The notes: generated by a model from the letters alone, not told the origin. DNA of 64,000 nt from Macrostomum lignano (GCA_002269645.1 NIVC01001811.1:248001-312000), one strand, 5' to 3'. Shown: positions 23,608 to 34,850, numbered from the stretch's first letter. Program-made: numbers and translations.

Positions 23608-24983
23608 CTGAAGCTCCCCTTGAGCGAGTGGAAGCTGCCGGCCTGGGCTGTAGCGCCGGAGCGCCAGTTGCCAGTTGCCAACGCCTGCATGACGAAGGTC
23701 AGAGCCGGGTCCCCCGCTGTGGCATCGCGGACGCTCTTGATGGTCGGGCCTTCCGGTGCGGACTTGACGGAGTTGAGCTGCTGCAGCGGTACGTTGTCCT
23801 GGACTGGTTGCGCGTTTAGAGAATCGCTCAGACTTGTTGCCTTTCTGGCCGGTGCCCGGGCCTGCGTCCCCAGACTCAGCAGCTGCAGGGATGTCGAGGT
23901 TGCACGGCCGAGCACGCTGGTGCCGGTCCCTGGGACGATGATGAAGCTGGCGCGCCGGACCATTGAGCCAACCGAAACCTGCAGGCTGCAGGCTCCCACA
24001 GTGCGCAGAGGTTTAGCTGAACGAAATGAGAAAATCTTTGTCGTCGGCTGCAGGCCTGGGGGTTCCGGGAGCTCTCGCCAGGCTGCCTCGGTGAGGATGT
24101 TACAGTCGGCTCCGCTGTCCACCAGCACCTGCACTGGAGTCGCTTCCACCAGCACCGTGGCAAGAGCCGCTGTTGCGTTCGTGTCGGAGGCCATCACGGT
24201 CAGGCAGAAGACGTCGTCCTCTTCGCCCGAACTGTCGCTGCCGACCCGCAGAGCTCGCACGTCCTCCGGCCGGGACAGGCAGGCCTTGGCGAGGTGATTC
24301 GGCTTGCCGCATCGGTTGCAGGTCTTGCCTACCGCTGCGCTGCAGCTGCGGTGGCCGAAGTTGCCGCAGCAGATGCACTTTGGCTGCGTGCGATCGGCTG
24401 CCTGCGTGGCTGATCTCTGCGGCTGCCCTGGCGGGCTGGACTCGCGCTTCCGCAGCCGCTGCACGGTCACTGCGCTGGTCTCCATGAGGCTGGCCTGCGC
24501 CTCCGCTGCCTCCATGGCCCTTGCCACCCGGACCGCCTGGCCCAGGTCCACGTTGTCCATGGCCAGCAGCTTCCTGCGGAGCTGCTCGGAGCTGCAGCCG
24601 GCGATCAGCTGGTCACGGATCAGCGAGTCCCGGAGGCCTTCGAATTTGCAACAGTCCGCGGTGTTGTTGAGCCGCCGCAGCCAGTCGTCCAGGGACTCTC
24701 CGGTGAAGGGCAGGTTGAGCTGGCTGGTGAAGTGCTCATTGAGAGCCTTGATGAGCTTGTCGACGTCATCATCGGTGACGGCGAGTCCGGCTGCAACGGC
24801 CTGCAGGTCCTCGCCCGCTGTGTATAGAAGGAGTTGGCGAAGTCGCTTCTTGTCAGAGATATCAGCAGCTGCGGCGAACAGCTGGAACTGAGCCAGTCAC
24901 TTGCTCCACTTCGTATGTGCCGCATGGGGCTCCTCGCGCAAGTTCAATGTGGGCGGTATGGGTAGGCTTGCTTGCGACGCCAT
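23487..24983 (-). pseudogene. Gypsy gag-protease (one premature TGA); RT and RNase H deleted
   Basis: Single frame from ATG 24983 with zinc knuckles (CNRCGKPNHLAKAC) and aspartic protease VLVDSGAD. No RT motif. Confidence 0.85.
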
Positions 24984-25199
24984 TGTAGTGCGCTTGTGTG
25001 CTGAGAAAATCATGGTCTCATGGACCGTATATTTGAGCTACTATATAGTATCACTGCCGACGTGCGGCTACAATGTTACGCAATAGTTGAGGGACAAGTC
25101 AGTGCACGTTGGTCGAGAGGGCTATAGTTATTCATCACAGAAGAGTAAAGGCATAGACTGGGCGTACACTACAGATGTAATGAAATTAAGATGCACTGA

Positions 25200-25735
25200 T
25201 GTCGAACTATTTAATTTCTGTGTCGCCGTTGCCCTTGTCTGTCCGGCAGCCCGTGGGCTAGCCTTGAACACTCGCGGGGACGTGTACCCCAAGGGTCGGC
25301 TTGCTTGGGCAGCTTGGACGAAGAACCGCGGCTGCCTGAGGCAGATATAAGACGCGCGGATCTTCTCCAGCCATTCCTGTCTAAATAGAGATGGCAGGTG
25401 GAGGTCGTCGCAGGCCTTAGCCCGGAGGCCTGACCTGTCTCACATCCTCCTGGCATGCTGCCCGAGCCTTCGCGAGCGGGCTGGACGCCTCGACGGATGA
25501 ATCACCGTGGGCATCGCAGCGTTGAGCTGACCGACGCTAGACGCCTCGACGGATGAATCACCTGTGGGCATCGCAGCATTGAGCAGCTTGACGCTAGACG
25601 CCTCGACGGATGAATCACCCGTGGGCATCGTAGCGTTGAGATGTTCGAAGCTAGACGCCTCGACAGATGAATCACCTGAGGGCATCGCAGCGTTGAACTG
25701 CTCGACGATAGACGCCTCGACGGACATCGCGTCCG
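25200..25735. repeat. Shared downstream block plus 57-bp array (5 copies), cassette 2
   Basis: Near-identical to 17560-18052. Confidence 0.9.
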
Positions 25736-25749
25736 TGTGCGTCGCAGCG

Positions 25750-26839
25750 TTAATACTTACGGAACTGGGATTTCCATCGGTTGAGAATCGGCTTTAACCG
25801 AATCTGCAGCTCCGGATCATTCAGAGGCGGGAATCCAGGAGCGTTCGACAATTCCTGGAGCAACCTCTTCTTGGAGGGTTTCACAGGATTTTCGCTTGTC
25901 ATCCCATACGATCGGGCAAGCTTGTCAACTAGGCCATGCATGCGCTCACCAAGGTCGCAGTCTAGAAGCTGCATTGAAGCAGCCTTCCGCTGGGCCCTTA
26001 TCGAGAGCGGCAACTTCGGAACTCTTGCCAAGTCGACTTGGCGACCAGAGTGTGAGTTCCCTACTTGACTCACGGACGGCCCAATGTCGCTGTCGCTGTC
26101 ATCTGGAGCATCTTCTGAGCGGCTCGATTGCTTTTCCGGTGACTCGTCATCGCTGTCATCATCGCGATGAGGTCCAGGAGACGATTTCCTTATCGTCGAA
26201 ATGTCGTCCAGGAACGAGACAAAATCGTCGATGCACCCGCGCACGCACCACTTGGTCCAGCTTGCATGTTGAGTCGGAACCGACTTTTCACGGTTGAGAG
26301 TCGGCATTAACAAAATTTGCAGCTCCGGATCATTCAGAGGCGGGAATCCAGGAGCGTTCGACAATTCCTGGAGCAACCTCTCCTTGGAGGGTTTCACAGG
26401 ATTTTCGCTTGTCATCCCAAACGATCGGGCAAGCTTGTCAACTAGGCCATGCATGCGCTCACAAGGTCGCAGTCTAGAAGCTGCATTGAAGCAGCCTTCC
26501 GCTGGGCCCTTATCGAGAGCGGCAACTTCGGAACTCTTGCCAAGTCGACTTGGAGACCAGAGCGCGAGTTCCTTTCATGACTCGCAGACGGCCCGATGTC
26601 GCTGTCGCTGTCATCTGAATCATCTTCCGAGGCGCTCGAGTGCTTTTCCGGTGACTCGTCATCGCTGTCATCATCGCGATGAGGTCCAGGAGACGATTTT
26701 CTTATCGTCGATGCACCGCGCACGCACCACTTGGTCCAGCTTTCATGTTGGGATGATCACTTAGACGAAGGTCTTCGACGATAACAAGAGACTCATAATC
26801 AATGTCATCTTCATCTTCCTCAATGCGATCGCACTCCAT
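25750..26839 (-). pseudogene. Degenerate acidic orphan gene of cassette 2 with internal ~540-bp tandem duplication
   Basis: ATG 26839 (MECDRIEEDEDDIDY...). Blocks 25785-26220 and 26320-26750 are duplicated. TATA-like and GGAGCC array lie upstream at 26920-27175. Confidence 0.5.
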
Positions 26840-27174
26840 ATTGTAAGGAAATTGCGTTGAAAAAAATAGAAAATTTGAAAGAAACTTTAGAAAGATAGGG
26901 CCCAGAATCTGCAGGGAAATCTATTTTATAGCTGGAGCCAGGAGGACTTGGGAGCCTGGGAAATTCGGAGCCCTTAAGACTCTCCAAACAGGCTTGAGAG
27001 TCAAGAGGATTTGGGAGCCTGGGAGGTTTCGGAGCCGGGGATGTTTCGAAGCCTGAAAGGTTTCGGAGCCTGGGAGGTTTCAAAGCCCTAAAGACACTCC
27101 AAAGAGGCTTCAGAATCTAGAGGATTTGGGAGCATGTGAGGTTTCGGAGCCTGAGAGGTTTCGGAACCTGGGAT

Positions 27175-29105
27175 GCAATTCGATGTATTTCGACGCGTAG
27201 AGTAGGAACTTGACGGTCTCGAGACTGTCCGACGCAAGCTAAACAATCTACAACCGTTTTGCCTCTAAAAAACCTGCTATCATATTCTGTAAGTAGTATA
27301 GAATGTTTTAGCTGTTTGATTTCGACTGGCCGACCGGCCCACTATGTAGTCCAGGCTGTCATCCTCCGAACGAAGCCTCACACGTCGCTAGTTGTGCTTC
27401 CGCTGTCGACTGGCAGCCGTTGCCACAAAGTGTAATAATTCCCTCAATATTTTTAGGGCTTGAGGGGCACGTTTTCAAGCCTACAGCTTCGGCGCTATTG
27501 ACGCCAAAGTGGCGCCGCTTACGTCAGACGATAGGATATTTATTAAAGTGTCTATAGACGCTCGCGTCGCGCCGGTAGATGCCACCGTTCTTTTTTGGCA
27601 ACGCGCCAAGTAAAGCGTAATAATTCCCTCAGTTGTTTAATAGCGTTTTTCAATGCTAATTATTGCGCAACAGACTGGCCCCATACAGTGGCCTATTGAC
27701 CCCGGATCTGGACAAAGATCGCTTCTACATTTTTTCCAGAGTACAGGGAGTAAAGTCCGGCCGAGATCCATCAAAATTAAGGGGCAGTCGGAAATCACTT
27801 TTGTGACCGATGGGGCGCCAAAAATGCCAGTCTAGACAGGCCTGTTTAGCTCAACTTTGACTGGCTGCCAGTTGAGAACGGTTGAGTCTGGGCAAGTGAG
27901 AATTTAAGAAGTAATAGAGCATCCATCGATGCGTCGGATGCTGTTTGTCTAATCAATAGATGTGCTACCGTTTCCGACTGGCAGCCGTTGCCGCAAAGTG
28001 TAATTGCCCCCTCACCGTTTCAGCGCCTGGAGATACGCTGGACACTTTGAGTGCGATTAGCCAGCCTTCTGGGTATTTCCAGATGTTCTTAGTGTCGTTG
28101 GAAGGCCCTAGTGATGCTCTATTGCATTCATCGGAATTGGGTGCCACCTGCTCGTGGTAGATTCCGCCGCGACAGACGGACTTCCCGAAAGTGGCCAGTC
28201 GATCCCATAGACCTCGAAGTACGAGCTACAAAATTTTGGCAGAAGCACTTTGAAAAAAGCAAAGAAACCTAGTCCGATGTATTTCGACACGTAGAGTCGG
28301 AATGTGACGGTCGCGAGACTGTCCGACGCAAGCTAAACTATCTTCAGCCGTTTTACACCCAAGAAACCCGCTACTTGCTACTATAAGTAGTATAGAAGTT
28401 TTTAGCTGTTCTATTCTTTCTGGCCGACCAGCCCACTATGTAGCCCAGGCTGTCCTCGCTCTAACGACGCCTCACACGTCGCTAGATGTGCTTTCGCTCT
28501 CGACTGGCAGCCGTTGCCACAAAGTGTAATAATTCCCTCAATATTTTTAGGGCTTGAGGGGCAAGTTTCCAAGGCTCCAGCTTCGGCGCTATTGGCGCGA
28601 AAGTGGCGCCGCTACCGTCAGACGATAGGGTATTCATTAATGATCAATAGCTCGCGTCGCGCCGGTAGATGCCAACGTTCTCTTTTGGCAACGCGCCAAA
28701 TAAAGCGTAATAATTCCCTCAGTTGTTTAATAGCGTTTTTCAATGCTAAATATTGTGCAACAGACTGGCCCCATAGAGTGGCCTATTGACCCCGTATCTC
28801 GACGAGGTTCGCTTCTACATTTATCCCAGAGTACAGGGGGTCAAGTCCGGCCGAGATCCATCAAAATTAAGGGGCAGTCGGAAATCACTTTTGTGACCGG
28901 TGGGGCGCCAAAATTGCCAGTGTAGACAGGCCTGTTTAGCTCAACTTTGACTGGCTGCCAGTTGAGAACGGTTGAATCTGGGCAGGTGAGAATTTAAGTA
29001 GTAATAGAGCATCTATTGATGCGTCGGATGCTGCTTTTCGCATCAATAGATGTGCTACCGTTTCCGACTGGCAGCCGTTCCCGCAAAGTGTAATTACCCC
29101 CTCAA
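27175..29105 (+). repeat. ~1.1-kb cassette repeat, ~1.8 tandem copies
   Basis: GATGTATTTCGAC at ~27182 and ~28276 (period ~1095). Confidence 0.9.
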
Positions 29106-29330
29106 CGTTGCGCAGCTTGACGCTAGACGCCTCGACGAATAAATCATCCGTGGGCATCGCAGCGTTGAGTTGCTCGAAGCTAGACGCCTCGACGGATTAA
29201 TCTTCCGTGGGCATCGCAGCGTTGCGCAGCTTGACGCTAGACGCCTCGACGGATGAATTACCCGTGGGCATCGCAGCGTTGAGATTCACGGAGCTAGACG
29301 CCTTGACGGATGAATCACCCGTGGGTCTAG
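29105..29330. repeat. 57-bp array, cassette 3
   Basis: Same unit as at 17849 and 32780. Confidence 0.9.
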
Positions 29331-29352
29331 GTTAGTCTTGTTTTGGCTGACA

Positions 29353-30114
29353 CTAGTCTTTTAGCCATGGGTACTGTCTTAGTACCTTTGGGCGGCTCTC
29401 GCCGTAATCAAAGAGGAGTTCCTCGCCTGCCTTTATGTCGCGAGCGGCCTGGAAGGCTAGCTGGGGCTTGTCGCCTACATCAACCACAGTCGGCTTTAAG
29501 TTTTCTTTCGGCTGACTATGATTGATGTAGCGTCCGACATACTCAGTCGTGTCGGTAGCATCGACGCAGAAGGCTCGGCCTCGCCAGGAGAAAAAGAAAA
29601 GGAATGAGCAAGTCTTCCCTTGATCTAGAAGTTGCTGCTCCCGTTCGAGGCGGGCTTTTTGCCCTTGGATCATGTGTCCGCCGTAGCAGCAGACAATGAC
29701 GCCTTTTGCAAGGTTGATCCGGGCAAAAGCGCCCAGGCCCTCAGCATCAACGCTACCGGTCCGGACCACGACATTACCGGACTGTATCAACGTCCGGCGC
29801 CACAGGTCGGCCTGTACGATCTGCCTCACTGACGCGATACCGGACGGCAGGGACCGGTCTTCACTTCCCCGGCTAGCTCGACCGTAGGGCGTCACATGAG
29901 GGACCGGTATGCGCGCCCCTTCCGGCGTGATAATAACGTCATTAACAACTGCCTCGCAATGAGCGGTCTCCATTGCAGGCGAAGGCACTGTCGGAGAGGC
30001 GGCAGCGTGGCCAGAAGACTGCGCCGGTGCTCTTCCGGTGACGTTAACCGGCGTTCTGGTCACAGGGGCATCTTCTGCTTCGGCTTCTCGCTGGAGCCAA
30101 ATGCTAAAGGGAAT
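29353..30114 (-). CDS. Zinc finger-SET protein copy 2, exon 2 (SET domain)
   Basis: TTGTCAG acceptor then IPFSIWLQRE... SET motifs CVDATD, GRYINHS, DIKAGEELLFDYG, YPWLKD. Confidence 0.88.
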   Translation of the reverse strand: MPFSIWLQREAEAEDAPVTRTPVNVTGRAPAQSSGHAAASPTVPSPAMETAHCEAVVNDVIITPEGARIPVPHVTPYGRASRGSEDRSLPSGIASVRQIVQADLWRRTLIQSGNVVVRTGSVDAEGLGAFARINLAKGVIVCCYGGHMIQGQKARLEREQQLLDQGKTCSFLFFFSWRGRAFCVDATDTTEYVGRYINHSQPKENLKPTVVDVGDKPQLAFQAARDIKAGEELLFDYGESRPKVLRQYPWLKD

Positions 30115-30251
30115 CTGACAAATAAGATAAAAGACATACTCATAATACTATATCGCGTTTGTACTACTCGAACATGCATTGAAAGCTGCAGGTGACCCAA
30201 CTCTAGCCTGTTAACTAATTTCACTGAATAATTAACTAACTAACTAACTAC

Positions 30252-30291
<40 letters not shown>

Positions 30292-30384
30292 TGCACTAAA
30301 TAAATACTGAATAACGAATTAATTAACTTACTTTCATTAAATGTAACCGAAGCGTAACCATAACCAAATTTTGATTTGATTTAC

Positions 30385-30924
30385 CTCATCGCGCTTCTCC
30401 GGTACAGCGGCAGCAGCTGAGGCGGCGCCAGCGATTGAAGCGGCGGCAGCTGAGGAGGCGTCAGCGATTGAAGCGGCGGCAGCTGAAGCGGCGTCAGGGA
30501 TTGAAGCGGCGGCAGCTGAGGCGACGTCAGGGGTTGAAGCGGCGGCAGATTCCGGCATCCTTTCTAGCAACACGGCTGGGTTGGTGTTGATTTCATGCCG
30601 AATGCCGTAAAAGGCCAGCAGCCGCAGGCGCTCCAACCTCGCCTCTGCCCTAGCCCTTGCCTCAGTGACGGCTGCCCGGCCGACTTCAAACTCCATGCCG
30701 TTGTGCTTCTGCCGCATATGCTGGCGCATGTTGGTGGCAGCGAATGTGTCGCATAGTTGGCACAGCTTGAGATCATTTTTGCGGTGCCAACGTCTGTACA
30801 CTATGTACGCTTCGACACTATCGAACTCAGCTGCGTGACAGTTTCGACCATGTGGAAGGAGTTTGTCGGCGCGATTCGTTTCGAAGTCGCAAATCGGGCA
30901 ATTTAGACGATCCATAATATTCAT
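30385..30924 (-). CDS. Zinc finger-SET protein copy 2, exon 1 (two C2H2-like fingers)
   Basis: CPIC-x12-H-x4-H and CQLC-x10-H-x4-H align with copy 1. GAG|GTAAAT phase-0 donor, 270-nt intron, spliced product 433 aa. Confidence 0.82.
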
Positions 30925-31254
30925 ATTAATTTCAATTGCTAGTAAAATATTCTAGTATTTCTCGTACAAGTCAAATGAAATATGAAAGAGAGGCAAATGA
31001 AACTTTGAGTATTACAAAAATTGAAAACTGAAAAAGCATAAGCCAGTATAAGCCAGCTCACGTCCTTATATACCATACTTTTCGGAGGCTCCCAAATCCT
31101 CTAGACTCTCAAGCCTCTTTGGAGAGTCTTAAGGTCTCCAAAACCTCCCAGGCCCCGAAACCTCTCAGGCTCCGAATCCTCCCAGGCTCCGAAACATCCC
31201 AGGCTCCAAAATCCTCAACAAATCTGCAAATCCTCCCAATCCTCATCCAAAACA

Positions 31255-32350
31255 AATACACCTAGTCCGATGCATTTCGACGCGTAGAGTCGGAATGTGA
31301 CGGTCTGGAGACTGTCCGACGCAAGCTAAACTATCTTCAGCCGTTTTACACCTAAGAAACCCGCTACTTGCTACAGAAAGTAGTATAGAAGTTTTTAGCT
31401 GTTCTATTCTGACTGGCCGACCAGCCCACTATGTAGTCCAGGCTGTCATCGTTCTAACGACGCCACACACGTCGCTAGATGTGCTTCGGCTGTCGACTGG
31501 CAGCCGTTGCCACAAAGTGTAATAATTCCCTCAATTTTGTTAGGGTTAGAGGGGCATGTTTCCAAGGCTCCAGCTTCGGCGCTATTGGCGCCAAAGTGGC
31601 GCCGCTATCGCCAGACGATAGGGTATTTATTAAAGTGTCTATAGACGATCACGGCATGCCGGTAGATGCCACCGTTCCTTGTTGGCAGCGCACCAAGTAT
31701 AGCGTAATAATTCCCTCAGTCGTTTTATAGCGTTTGCCTAGGCTAAGTATTGCACAACAGACTGGTCCCATAGAGTGACCTATTGACCCCGGATTTCGGC
31801 GTGGATCGCTTCTACATTTATCCAAAAGTACAGAGGATCAAGTCCGGCCGAGATCCATCAAAATTAAGGGGCAGTCGGAAATCACTTTTGTGACCGATGG
31901 GGCGCCAAAAATGCCACTCTAGACAGGCCTGTCTAGCCCAACTTTGACTGGCTGCCAGTTGAGATCGGTTGAGTCTGGGCTGGTGAGTATTCTGGAAGTG
32001 ATAGAGCATCTATCGATGCGTCGGATGCCGTTTGTCTCATCAATAGATGTGCTACCGTTTTCGTCTGGCAGCGCTTCCCACAAAGTGTAATTTTCCCCTC
32101 ACCGTTACTGTGCCTGTAGGTTTCCTGAGACTTTCAATGCACTTTGCCAGGCTTCTGGTGGGTATTTCCGGACGTTCTTGGTGTCGTTGGAAAGCCCTAG
32201 TGATGCTCTATCGAACTGCATTCATCGGAATTAGGTGCCACCTGCTCGTGGTAGATTCCGCCGCGACAGACGGACTTCCCGAAAGTGGCCAGTCAATCCC
32301 TTAGACCCCAAAGTACAAAATTTTGCCAGAGACACTTTGAAAAGAGACAC
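31255..32350 (+). repeat. ~1.1-kb cassette repeat, one full copy
   Basis: ACACCTAGTC at ~31258 and ~32347. Confidence 0.9.
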
Positions 32351-32499
32351 CTAGTCTGAAATTTTGCATTTTCCACTGGCTTTTTTCTATGGAAACTCCT
32401 ATCTTTTGATTGTACTGAAGTGGGATTGGAGGCACATATTACTTAGAGTAGGCGTTGTAGAATAGGAGGGATGAAATGAAATGAAGGTGTACTGATGTC

Positions 32500-33060
32500 T
32501 AACTATTTAATTTCTGTGTCGCCGTTGCCCTTGTCTGTCCGGCAGCCCGTGGGCTAGCCTTGAACACTCGCGGGGACGTGTACCCCAAGGGTCGGCTTGC
32601 TTGGGCAGCTTGGACGAAGAACCGCGGCTGCCTGAGGCAGATATAAAACGCGCGGATCTTCTCCAGCCATTCCTGCCTAAATAGAGATGGCAGGTGGAAG
32701 GCGTCGCTGGTCTTAGCCCGGAGGCCTGACCTGTCTCACACCCTCCTGGCATGCTGCCCGAGCCTTCGCGAGCGGGCTGGACGCCTCGACGGATGAATCA
32801 CCCGTGGGCATCGCAGCGTTGAGATGCTTGAAGCTAGACGCCTCGACGGATGAATCACCTGTGGGCATCGCAGCGTTGAGATGTTCGAAGCTAGACGCCT
32901 CGACGGATGAATCATCCGTGGGCATCGCAGCGTTGAGATGTTCGAAGCTAGACGCCTCGACGGATGAATCACCCGTGGGCATCGCAGCGTTGAGATGCTC
33001 GAAGCTAGACGCCTCGACGGATGAATCACCCGTGGGCATCGCAGTGTTGAGCTGCCCGAC
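32500..33060. repeat. Shared downstream block plus 57-bp array (5 copies), cassette 4
   Basis: Unit starts at 32780, 32837, 32894, 32951 and 33008. Confidence 0.9.
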
Positions 33061-33094
33061 GATGGACGGATGGATACATCGCAGCTCTTGTGAC

Positions 33095-34039
33095 TCAGAA
33101 ATGGCCTCGCTGGCTCGGGTGCTCCAGCTGGCTTGTCTGGCCACGGTTTATGTAGACGCGCAGATACTCTAAGTACTCAAGAAACAGTTTGCGGCAGCGA
33201 GCTACAAACGGTTTCCCGCGGAGCTGCCTAGCATCAGCAGTAGGATGCTGCTTTGAACAGTGCTTTTTTAAGCTAGTTTCGGAGACGAAAATGCAAAAAG
33301 GGCACAAAAGAAGCCCTTGTCTTTCCTTTTCGCAATTCGTCTTGGCTTTAGCCTCATAAAGAGACAGGCGCTTAATCGCCTCTAGCCGCACTGGGTGTGT
33401 CTCGTTATGTTTGGAATGGCAATGCTGCTTAATTACGTCACTCCGAACTTTGGAGGAGCAGAGGGGGCACGTGCGCATTGCACCATGGCCTCCACGCTGA
33501 CCTGCTCCGCGTGAGGACGTGGCAGCACTTTCCTGATTTTCATCAAGGAACTCCTGAATTACTGCATCAATATATGTGTGCACGCCATTTGGGTCGAACT
33601 CACTGCCCTCTGAAGCATCAAATGGCCTCACACAAGGTGGGTCCGATGAATTGGTAATTGTGGCACCTTCGCTATACAGGAGCTCCAGAAATCCACCTGG
33701 CATGGGTGCCTCAGACATGGGAACCTCATCAGCCGACAGATCGACTGTGGGTACCTCCATGTAGGGCACATCAGCGAGGGCGGCAGAGTCAGGAGCCTCA
33801 GGGATGCTTATGATCATGGGCTCGTCAGGCACATAAGACATGGGCAGCCCAGGCATGAGTATCTCATCAGCCGACAGATCGACTGTGGGTGAATTCATGT
33901 AGGGTACATCAGGCGCCTCAATGATGTTAAAGAACATGGGCTCCTCAGCGCTTGGGCCGATCGTAGCCACCTCCGCGGGAACGCCAATGTCCTCATCAAT
34001 CAAAAAAGCAATTAACTGATCAAAGGCTTGATCGTCCAT
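33095..34039 (-). CDS. Acidic N-terminus + paired C2H2-like finger protein, 314 aa
   Basis: Intact ORF with CPLC-x11-H-x4-H and CPFC-x10-H-x4-H, and a duplicated DVPYMxxPTVDLSADE motif. It occupies the gene slot of cassette 4. Confidence 0.72.
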   Translation of the reverse strand: MDDQAFDQLIAFLIDEDIGVPAEVATIGPSAEEPMFFNIIEAPDVPYMNSPTVDLSADEILMPGLPMSYVPDEPMIISIPEAPDSAALADVPYMEVPTVDLSADEVPMSEAPMPGGFLELLYSEGATITNSSDPPCVRPFDASEGSEFDPNGVHTYIDAVIQEFLDENQESAATSSRGAGQRGGHGAMRTCPLCSSKVRSDVIKQHCHSKHNETHPVRLEAIKRLSLYEAKAKTNCEKERQGLLLCPFCIFVSETSLKKHCSKQHPTADARQLRGKPFVARCRKLFLEYLEYLRVYINRGQTSQLEHPSQRGHF

Positions 34040-34249
34040 AATGCGTTAGGTAAAATAATAAGCAAACAATAATCAAACAAAATTCAGGCTGCCATCTGCG
34101 TCAACGGTTGCCAAGTGCGCCGAATAGATTTCGGATTTCCATCGCCTAATAGGATTTCCCTAGCCCATAGACCATAGAAGATATGAACATTTATCATGCG
34201 GCACTAGCGTGACAGATTTCCCTTATGCACATATACAAGCCATAGAGTG

Positions 34250-34850
34250 GTTGACGCGTTTGGCTGACGCGTTTGGCTGACGCGTTTGGCTGATGCACTT
34301 GGCTGACGCGTTTGGTTGACGCGTTTGGTTGACGCGTTTGGTTGACGCGTTTGGTTGACGCACTTGGCTGACGCGTTTGGCTGACGCGTTTGGCTGACGC
34401 GTTTGGTTGACGCGTTTGGCTGACGCAATTGGCTAACGCGCTTGGTAAGTACGAGTGGGCTTGGTTGACACACATGGAAGGCGCACTTGGGCTTGTTTGA
34501 AGCGCTTGGCTGACGCGTTTGGCTGACGCGTTAGGCTGATGCAATTAGCTGACGCGTTTGGCTGACGCGCTTGGCTGACGCGCTTGGCTGACGCATTTGG
34601 CTGACGCGTTTGGCTGACGCGTTTGGTTGACGCGCCTGGCTGACGCACTTGGCTGACGCGTTTGGCTGACGCGCCTGGCTGAAGCACTTGGCTGACGCGT
34701 TTGGCTGACGCGCTTGGTTGACGCGCCTGGCTGACGCACTTGGCTGACGCGTTTGGTTGACGCGCTTGTCTGACGCGCTTGGCTGACGCATTTGGCTGAC
34801 GCGTTTGGCTGACGCGTTTGGCTGACGCGCCTGGCTGACGCGCTTGTTCC
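34250..34850. repeat. 13-bp minisatellite
   Basis: Unit GGCTGACGCGTTT. Confidence 0.95.

Larger units (their letters stand above)
22824..25173 (-). mobile_element. Internally deleted Ty3/Gypsy LTR retrotransposon (2350 bp)
   Basis: 190-bp LTRs (22824-23013, 24984-25173; TGTAGTG...CACTACA; one difference seen). 5-bp TSD GATGT, PBS TGGCGTCGCAAG next to the 5' LTR, PPT GGTTGGGGGAGAGA next to the 3' LTR. Confidence 0.95.
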
